Assembly (NCBI GenBank): GCA_046045965.1
Contig: JBJOKS010000061.1
Location: 1-12,369 of the forward strand
Origin: Cyanobacteriota bacterium
Lineage (GTDB): Bacteria; Cyanobacteriota; Cyanobacteriia; Cyanobacteriales; Nostocaceae
DNA: 12,369 nt
Direction of reading: 5' to 3'
Part shown: piece after piece, positions 1 to 6,055 of the stretch
How positions within the stretch are numbered: position 1 is the first letter of the stretch
Layout: each line of letters starts with the position of its first letter
Position numbers and translations under genes: made by a program
The notes under the pieces: model-generated
The model's database searches: none
What the model was told of the DNA's origin: nothing
What the model saw: only the letters and a program-made list of their open reading frames with translations

Positions 1-138
<138 letters not shown>

Positions 139-140
139 TT

Positions 141-202
141 AGGTGACAGGTTACAGGTGACAGAGAGCAGGGGAAGCAGGGGAAGCAGGGGAAGCACGGG
201 GA
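141..202 (+). repeat. Purine-rich tandem repeats: AGGT(G/T)AC x3 and AGCAGGGGA x3 plus one variant
   Basis: AGGTGAC/AGGTTAC/AGGTGAC at 141-161; AGCAGGGGA at 166, 175, 184; AGCACGGGGA at 193-202. Confidence 0.95.
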
Positions 203-236
203 GAAAATTAAAAGGCAAAAGTTACAATTTTCATTT

Positions 237-327
237 CTCCTGCCTTCTGCCTTCTGCCTTCTGCCTTCTGCCTCCTGCCTCCTGCCTCCAGACTCCTGCC
301 TCCTGCCTCCAGACTCCAGACTCCTGA
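237..327 (+). repeat. STRR-type heptamer array CT(C/T)C(T/A)G(C/A) x13
   Basis: 13 contiguous 7-mers: CTCCTGC, CTTCTGC x4, CTCCTGC x2, CTCCAGA, CTCCTGC x2, CTCCAGA x2, CTCCTGA. Confidence 0.95.
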
Positions 328-340
328 TTTCCAGTTATTT

Positions 341-1459
341 ATGAGAATTGCCCTATTCACTGAAACTTTTTTACCCAAGGTTGATGGCATTGTCACCCGT
401 CTCCGTCATACTGTTGACCATCTGCAACGGGATGGAAATCAAGTCCTGGTATTTTGCCCAGAAGGTGGCATCACAGAACACAAAGGAGCGAAAGTTTACG
501 GTGTGACTGGGTTTCCTTTACCTCTTTATCCAGAGTTAAAATTAGCACTGCCTCGTCCTGCTATTGGTCACGCTTTAGAAGAGTTTAAGCCGGATATTAT
601 TCATGTGGTTAATCCCGCAGTTTTGGGATTATCAGGCATTTTTTACAGTAAAGTTTTGAAAATCCCCTTGGTGGCTTCTTACCATACCCATTTACCTCAA
701 TATCTGCAACATTACGGTTTGGGAATGTTAGAAGGATTACTATGGGAGTTACTTAAAGCAGGTCATAACCAAGCTGAGTTAAATTTGTGTACTTCGACAG
801 CAATGATTGAAGAACTGTCAGGACACGGCATAGAAAGATTAGATTTGTGGCAACGAGGGGTAGATACAGAATTATTTCATCCCGATCTAGCAAGTCAGGA
901 AATGCGATCGCGCTTATCCCAAAATCATCCAGAAAGCCCCTTATTGTTGTATGTAGGTCGTCTTTCGGCGGAAAAGGAAATTGAACGCATTAAACCAATT
1001 TTAGAAGCCATTCCTGATGCACGTTTAGCGTTGGTTGGAGATGGACCAAATCGCCAAAATCTAGAAAAACACTTTGCTGGTACAAATACTCATTTTGTTG
1101 GTTATTTAATGGGTAAAGAATTAGGTTCAGCTTTTGCTAGTGCGGATGCCTTTATTTTTCCTTCTCGTACAGAAACACTGGGATTGGTATTATTAGAAGC
1201 AATGGCCGCAGGATGTCCAGTAGTTGCAGCCCGTTCTGGTGGTATTCCTGATATTGTTACAGATGGTGTAAATGGTTATCTTTTTGACCCCAAAGCGGAT
1301 ATTCAAGAAGCTATTGATGTTACTATAAAGTTGTTAAAACAAAGACAAGAAATAGCTATTATCCGTCAAAATGCCCGCAAGGAAGCAGAAAAATGGGGAT
1401 GGACTGCTGCTACAAGGCAATTACAAGATTATTACAAAAAGGTGATTGGTGATTGGTGA
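341..1459 (+). CDS. sqdX: Sulfoquinovosyldiacylglycerol synthase (GT4 glycosyltransferase)
   Basis: 372 aa; N-terminal MRIALFTETFLPKVDGIVTRL, SYHTHLPQYL, YVGRLSAEK and the GT4 EX7E motif ETLGLVLLE; adjacent to sqdB. Confidence 0.93.
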   Translation: MRIALFTETFLPKVDGIVTRLRHTVDHLQRDGNQVLVFCPEGGITEHKGAKVYGVTGFPLPLYPELKLALPRPAIGHALEEFKPDIIHVVNPAVLGLSGIFYSKVLKIPLVASYHTHLPQYLQHYGLGMLEGLLWELLKAGHNQAELNLCTSTAMIEELSGHGIERLDLWQRGVDTELFHPDLASQEMRSRLSQNHPESPLLLYVGRLSAEKEIERIKPILEAIPDARLALVGDGPNRQNLEKHFAGTNTHFVGYLMGKELGSAFASADAFIFPSRTETLGLVLLEAMAAGCPVVAARSGGIPDIVTDGVNGYLFDPKADIQEAIDVTIKLLKQRQEIAIIRQNARKEAEKWGWTAATRQLQDYYKKVIGDW

Positions 1460-1485
1460 CTGGGGACTGGGTATTGGGCATTGGG
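1441..1485 (+). repeat. STRR1-like heptamer array overlapping the sqdX stop codon
   Basis: GGTGATT GGTGATT GGTGACT GGGGACT GGGTATT GGGCATT GGG. GGGGACT is the reverse-complement rotation of STRR1 CCCCA(A/G)T. Confidence 0.9.
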
Positions 1486-1496
1486 TTATTCATCTT

Positions 1497-1580
1497 CCCT
1501 TGCCTCTTGCCTCCTGCCCCCTGCCTCTTGCCCCCTGCCTTCTGCCCCCTGCCTCCTGACTCCTGACTCCTGACTCCTGA
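1497..1580 (+). repeat. STRR-type heptamer array CYYYTG(C/A) x12
   Basis: CCCTTGC CTCTTGC CTCCTGC CCCCTGC CTCTTGC CCCCTGC CTTCTGC CCCCTGC then CTCCTGA x4; ends 4 nt before the cyaB1 ATG. Confidence 0.95.
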
Positions 1581-1584
1581 TTTT

Positions 1585-4161
1585 ATGACACTTCCTAACG
1601 CCGGTAGCGTCTTGGCTACATTAACTGAATTAACTCAAGTTAATCGCACCCAGTCCCTACTCAGTCGCGTCAAAGACCTATCTGTTAACGAGTTTGTCTG
1701 TTTATTGGACTTCATTACGGCTGAGTTTCAGCAATTTCTGAGAGCTATTGATCTGATCAATAATGAAGCTCTAGAAGGGATGTTGGAGAAAGTGCTGGAA
1801 GCAATTACACTCAAAATAGGTCAAATTCTCCAAGCAGAACATACAGCTATTTTTTTAGTTGACTATGATAAGGGTCAATTATGGTCAAAAGTTCCCCAAG
1901 ATAATAATCAAAAATTCTTAGAAATACGCACTCCTTTAAATGTAGGTATTCCTGGTCATGTAGCCACTACAGGTAAATATCTGAATATCGCGGAAACCGC
2001 TACTCACCCTCTTTTTAGTCCAGAATTGGAAAAACAAATGGGCTATAAAATCCGCAATCTTTTATGTATGCCAGTTATGAGTAGTAAAAAGCAAACTGTA
2101 GCGGTTGTACAACTGGCAAATAAAGCGGGGAATATTCCTTTTACTCAGGATGATGAAGAGTCTTTTCGAGACTTTGCTGCTTCTATTGGCATTATCTTGG
2201 AAAGTTGCCAATCTTTTTATGTAGCGGCTAGAAATCAACGTGGTGCAACGGCTTTGTTACGTGCTACTCAAACTTTAGGACAAAGTTTGGATTTAGAAGC
2301 AACTTTGCAGATAGTCATGGAACAAGCCCGGATATTAATGCAAGCAGACCGCAGTACACTGTTTTTGTATCGCAAGGAAATGGGGGAACTGTGGACAAAA
2401 GTCGCAACAGCTAATGATCAAAAATTGATAGAAATTCGTATTCCGTCTCATCGTGGTATCGCTGGTTATGTAGCTTCCACCGGTCAAGCATTGAATATCC
2501 CCGATGCTTATCAAGACCCACGCTTTGACCCGACTACAGATCAAAAGACTGGGTATGTAACTCGGAATATTTTATGTTTACCAGTATTTAATTCTGCCAA
2601 TGAATTAATTGGTGTGACGCAGTTAATTAATAAAGAAAAAGGCAGTTTTACGAATTCAGATGAAGAGTTTATGCGGGCTTTTAATATCCAAGCAGGAATA
2701 GCTTTGGAAAATGCTCGTTTATTTGAAAATGTATTGTTAGAAAGACAGTATCAAAAGGATATCCTTCAGAGTTTGTCTGATGCTGTGATTTCTACAGATA
2801 TGCAAGGTCAAATAGTAACTATTAATGATGCAGCATTGGAATTACTGGGTTGTCCCTTGAGGGAAGGTAACAGAATTGCAAATAAACTTTTATGGAAAGA
2901 AAATCTACTGGGGAGGCAAGTTTGGGAAGTTGTGCCAATTGATAATCTGCAAATGCGGTTGCAAGATAGTTTAAAATATGCTTCTCGCCATTATGTGCCA
3001 GAGCAAAATTTAGTGGTAGGATTATATCAATTGGCAAGTGATCAAGCTCAGTCTTCAGGTACAAAAAATCAGAAGTTAATTTTAGCAGTGCGCGATCGCA
3101 ATAATTCAAATATTTTCCTTCCCTGGAATCAACCCCTCGCTCCTCAATCTGAGTACCTGAGTGCTGATGTAGTCAAAGAATTAGAACGCAGCATCAATCT
3201 TACCATCAATCCCTTAACTAACCCAGAAGGGGGAGTCAGGGGTGGTTTAGTGGTGCTGGAAGATATCAGCCGGGAAAAACGCCTTAAAAGCACTATGTAC
3301 CGCTATCTTACACCTCATGTAGCCGAGCAAGTTATGGCTTTGGGAGACGATAGCTTGATGGTGGGTGAAAGAAAGGAAGTGACTATTTTATTTTCTGATA
3401 TTCGGGGTTATACAACTCTCACCGAAAACTTAGGAGCAGCTGAGGTAGTATCACTGTTGAATCAGTATTTTGAAACAATGGTGGAGTCAGTTTTTCACTA
3501 TGAAGGAACTTTAGATAAGTTCATTGGTGATGCTTTAATGGCGGTATTTGGTGCGCCTCTACCATTGACAGAAAATCATGCTTGGCGAGCGGTACAATCA
3601 GCATTGGATATGCGTCGTCGCTTGGAAGAATTTAATCATCGGCGGTTTGTTCAGTCTCAACCCAAAATCCATTTTGGCATTGGTATTAGTTCGGGGGAAG
3701 TAGTTTCGGGAAATATTGGTTCTCGCAAACGTATGGATTATACAGTGATTGGCGATAGTGTAAATTTGAGTTCTCGCTTGGAAGGGGTGACAAAAGAATA
3801 TGGTTGTGACATTATTATCAGCGAGTTTACTTATAATTTGTGCCGCGATCGCGTTTGGGTGCGTCAATTAGATAGAATTCGTGTCAAAGGTAAACATCAG
3901 GCTGTGGATATCTATGAGTTAATCAGCGATCGCTCTACTCCCCTAGATGGCAACACCCAAGAATTTTTATACCATTATGATGCCGGACGTGCTGCATACA
4001 TATCACGAAATTTCACCCAAGCGATCGCCAGCTTTGAAACTGCTAAACGCATTCTACCCACAGACCAAGCCTTAAATATCCACCTAGAACGTGCTTACAA
4101 TTACCAAAAAACACCTCCTCTAAATTCCTGGGATGGTGTCTGGACAATGGTAACAAAGTAG
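1585..4161 (+). CDS. cyaB1: Class III adenylate cyclase, GAF-GAF-PAS-catalytic-TPR architecture
   Basis: 858 aa. Two PDE-like GAF domains with NKFDE motifs (LANKAGNIPFTQDDEE, LINKEKGSFTNSDEE); PAS (SLSDAVISTDMQGQIVTINDAA); catalytic motifs LFSDIRGYT, LDKFIGDALMA, DYTVIGDSVNLSSRLE, VKGK; TPR-like C-terminus. Confidence 0.92.
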   Translation: MTLPNAGSVLATLTELTQVNRTQSLLSRVKDLSVNEFVCLLDFITAEFQQFLRAIDLINNEALEGMLEKVLEAITLKIGQILQAEHTAIFLVDYDKGQLWSKVPQDNNQKFLEIRTPLNVGIPGHVATTGKYLNIAETATHPLFSPELEKQMGYKIRNLLCMPVMSSKKQTVAVVQLANKAGNIPFTQDDEESFRDFAASIGIILESCQSFYVAARNQRGATALLRATQTLGQSLDLEATLQIVMEQARILMQADRSTLFLYRKEMGELWTKVATANDQKLIEIRIPSHRGIAGYVASTGQALNIPDAYQDPRFDPTTDQKTGYVTRNILCLPVFNSANELIGVTQLINKEKGSFTNSDEEFMRAFNIQAGIALENARLFENVLLERQYQKDILQSLSDAVISTDMQGQIVTINDAALELLGCPLREGNRIANKLLWKENLLGRQVWEVVPIDNLQMRLQDSLKYASRHYVPEQNLVVGLYQLASDQAQSSGTKNQKLILAVRDRNNSNIFLPWNQPLAPQSEYLSADVVKELERSINLTINPLTNPEGGVRGGLVVLEDISREKRLKSTMYRYLTPHVAEQVMALGDDSLMVGERKEVTILFSDIRGYTTLTENLGAAEVVSLLNQYFETMVESVFHYEGTLDKFIGDALMAVFGAPLPLTENHAWRAVQSALDMRRRLEEFNHRRFVQSQPKIHFGIGISSGEVVSGNIGSRKRMDYTVIGDSVNLSSRLEGVTKEYGCDIIISEFTYNLCRDRVWVRQLDRIRVKGKHQAVDIYELISDRSTPLDGNTQEFLYHYDAGRAAYISRNFTQAIASFETAKRILPTDQALNIHLERAYNYQKTPPLNSWDGVWTMVTK

Positions 4162-4164
4162 TCA

Positions 4165-4250
4165 GGGGACTGGGGACAAATCAAGTCAAAAGTCAAAAGT
4201 CAAAAGTCAAAATTCTTCCCTGTTCCCTGTTAAGAGTTCCCTGTTCCCTT
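4165..4250. repeat. Composite STRR block between convergent genes
   Basis: GGGGACTGGGGAC 4165-4177; AGTCAAA x4 4184-4211; TTCCCTG TTCCCTG TTAAGAG TTCCCTG TTCCCTT 4216-4250. Confidence 0.92.
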
Positions 4251-4266
4251 TTTTCCAATCACTACT

Positions 4267-4530
4267 CTAACCTTCAGAATCAGAATCATCGTTTTTAAAG
4301 GGTTCTTCACCTATCTTGAGTTGTTTTTTTGAGCGTTTTAACTGTTTCCACAGAACCTTGATTTGTTCGTAAGCTTCACCAGGCGGCAACTTACCACCAG
4401 TTTCTAAGTTACAAATATAACTTACTCGCTGGGCAAATTCCTGTAAATTTGCGTTGAAAACCAAGTTTTCAGGCTGTACATGACCGTAGTAGCGGCCACG
4501 AGGATAGAGAAAATCATCTTTGCTCACCAT
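4267..4530 (-). CDS. Small conserved cyanobacterial hypothetical protein (DUF7219-like, from recall)
   Basis: 87 aa with the motif PENLVFNANLQEFAQRVSYICNLETGGKL..EAYEQIKVLWKQLK, which I recognise from cyanobacterial hypotheticals; GGAG Shine-Dalgarno 5 nt before the ATG. Function unknown. Confidence 0.85.
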   Translation of the reverse strand: MVSKDDFLYPRGRYYGHVQPENLVFNANLQEFAQRVSYICNLETGGKLPPGEAYEQIKVLWKQLKRSKKQLKIGEEPFKNDDSDSEG

Positions 4531-4930
4531 TTTTTCTCCATATATTTGATTATCCTCCTGATTTTCTTGTTTACAACAGAACCACTAGCCACTTAGTTCG
4601 ATATATATTTTGTTAAGTCAGGAGAAAGCTTAAGATTAAACTGTGATTATGGCAAAGTGTTGGAGCAATTGGTCAATTTTAACTTTAATAAAAAAGTTGT
4701 CAGTTATTAAGTAGTACCTTGTCAAAAAAGTTGATGCTAAAGCTACCAAAGCTACAGTAATCACCCATTATATATTTTTATATATCTTTATATATCCTTT
4801 GTAAAGATTTAGTGCAATCTCCTGGATGAAGGTTTTACCATCTCTCCAAATTTCCCCATGATTTCATCATATTACCTAATGTACAAAACATGGGTTTTAA
4901 TGAACTTCAACTAAAAAACTACCTTTTAAA

Positions 4931-4944
4931 GTATTAAAATATAC
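4931..4944. promoter_or_regulatory. Candidate NtcA binding site GTA-N8-TAC
   Basis: GTA-TTAAAATA-TAC inside the extended palindrome AAAGTA...TACTTT. No TAN3T box at the class II spacing (~22 nt) on either strand. Confidence 0.4.
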
Positions 4945-5063
4945 TTTTTTAACAAATCATAAAATTTTCTTCATCAAAAATTACAAAAACTTAAATAAAA
5001 CTATAAACCTTTCATGCTTAGTTTACCAGTTTCAGTGCCAAGGTAGAGGAATAGGGGGTAGTG

Positions 5064-5091
5064 TCAGTTATCAGTTATCAGTTATCAGTTA
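5064..5091 (+). repeat. STRR heptamer TCAGTTA x4
   Basis: Four exact copies; same family in reverse orientation as AACTGAT x4 at 8471-8498. Confidence 0.95.
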
Positions 5092-5143
5092 CAACAATTT
5101 GCAAGTAAATGAAGTCAACATATTAATGTTATAAATCTTGTGG

Positions 5144-5163
5144 GGTGGGCAGGAAAGCCCGCC
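5144..5163. repeat. GC-rich hairpin, REP-like small palindrome
   Basis: GGTGGGC-AGGAAA-GCCCGCC: 7 bp stem with one G-U pair in otherwise AT-rich DNA; no U-tract. Confidence 0.55.
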
Positions 5164-5180
5164 ATTGTGTACCGTTCGGC

Positions 5181-5189
5181 TGATAAAAT
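5181..5189 (+). promoter_or_regulatory. Candidate extended -10 element for purC
   Basis: TG-A-TAAAAT, 43 nt upstream of the purC ATG; no correctly spaced -35. Confidence 0.35.
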
Positions 5190-5232
5190 GGTTAAGCTGG
5201 AAAGCATCGCCCTGCAACTGTAATCTACCACC

Positions 5233-5970
5233 ATGTCTGTTAATACCAAACTATACGAAGGCAAAGCCAAAATTCTCTACACCACAGAAGATCCTCAAGT
5301 CTTGTTGTCTGATTTTAAGGATGATGCGACTGCCTTTAATGCTCAAAAGCGTGGCAGCATCCAAGGAAAAGGTAGCATAAACTGTACAATTTCCAGCAAG
5401 TTGTTTGAACAATTGGCAGCGCATGGGATCAAGACACATTTTATTGATTGTCCAGCGCCCAATCAAATGCGAGTCAGAGCAGTTAAGATTTTGCCATTAG
5501 AAGTAGTTGTCAGAAATATTGCTGCTGGTAGTCTTTGTCAACAAACAGGATTGCCACTAGGTACAATTCTGGAGCAGCCTTTGGTAGAGTTTTATTACAA
5601 AGACGACCAATTGGGAGATCCTCTGCTAACACGCGATCGCTTACTGCTGCTGAAACTAGCCACTGAGGAACAAGTTGACAGCATTACCCATCTGGCATTG
5701 CAGATCAACAACTTTCTGAAGGATTTTTGGCAAAAGTGCGGTATTACCCTAGTAGACTTTAAACTTGAATTTGGATTGGACTCACAACAGCAGTTGTTGT
5801 TGGCAGATGAAATTAGCCCTGATACCTGTCGTTTATGGGATATCGCAGAAAACGATCCTCACCGTCGGGTAATGGACAAAGACCGCTTCCGTCGGGATCT
5901 AGGGAATGTAGAGAATGCCTACCAGGAGGTTTTACAAAGGGTATTGCAAGTAGTAGAAGGCAAAAATTAG
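5233..5970 (+). CDS. purC: Phosphoribosylaminoimidazole-succinocarboxamide (SAICAR) synthase
   Basis: 245 aa; LYEGKAK, FKDDATAFN, EVVVRNIAAGS, LVDFKLEFG, LADEISPDTCRLWD, DKDRFRRD. Confidence 0.97.
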   Translation: MSVNTKLYEGKAKILYTTEDPQVLLSDFKDDATAFNAQKRGSIQGKGSINCTISSKLFEQLAAHGIKTHFIDCPAPNQMRVRAVKILPLEVVVRNIAAGSLCQQTGLPLGTILEQPLVEFYYKDDQLGDPLLTRDRLLLLKLATEEQVDSITHLALQINNFLKDFWQKCGITLVDFKLEFGLDSQQQLLLADEISPDTCRLWDIAENDPHRRVMDKDRFRRDLGNVENAYQEVLQRVLQVVEGKN

Positions 5971-5995
5971 TGTGTGCATCGTCCTTTGTCTGATA

Positions 5996-6030
5996 TGACT
6001 AACGACTAACGACTAATAACTAATGACTTA
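5996..6030 (+). repeat. STRR2-like heptamer (T/C)GACTAA x5, degenerate
   Basis: TGACTAA CGACTAA CGACTAA TAACTAA TGACTTA. Confidence 0.88.
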
Positions 6031-6055
6031 ATTAGGTGTGGTAGTGAAGAGGAAT

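Noticed and set aside
208..396. 62 aa minus-strand ORF with GGRRQKAEGRRQKA repeats
   Set aside because: Translation of the stop-free heptamer array, overlapping the sqdX start antisense; artefact.
2335..3867. Three antisense ORFs within cyaB1 (2335-2544, 2822-3109, 3598-3867)
   Set aside because: Shadow ORFs of a well-supported gene with no recognisable motifs.
5117..5130. AACAT-N4-ATGTT palindrome
   Set aside because: Short, AT-rich and matches no regulator consensus I can name; likely chance.
4531..5232. tRNA, known riboswitch (purine, ZTP) or LexA box in the long spacer
   Set aside because: No cloverleaf or riboswitch consensus visible; GTAC sites lack a correctly spaced GTWC half-site. 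An Rfam scan was not possible.
5138..5466. ORFs 5138-5380 (+) and 5251-5466 (-)
   Set aside because: Overlap purC out of frame or antisense; no family features.
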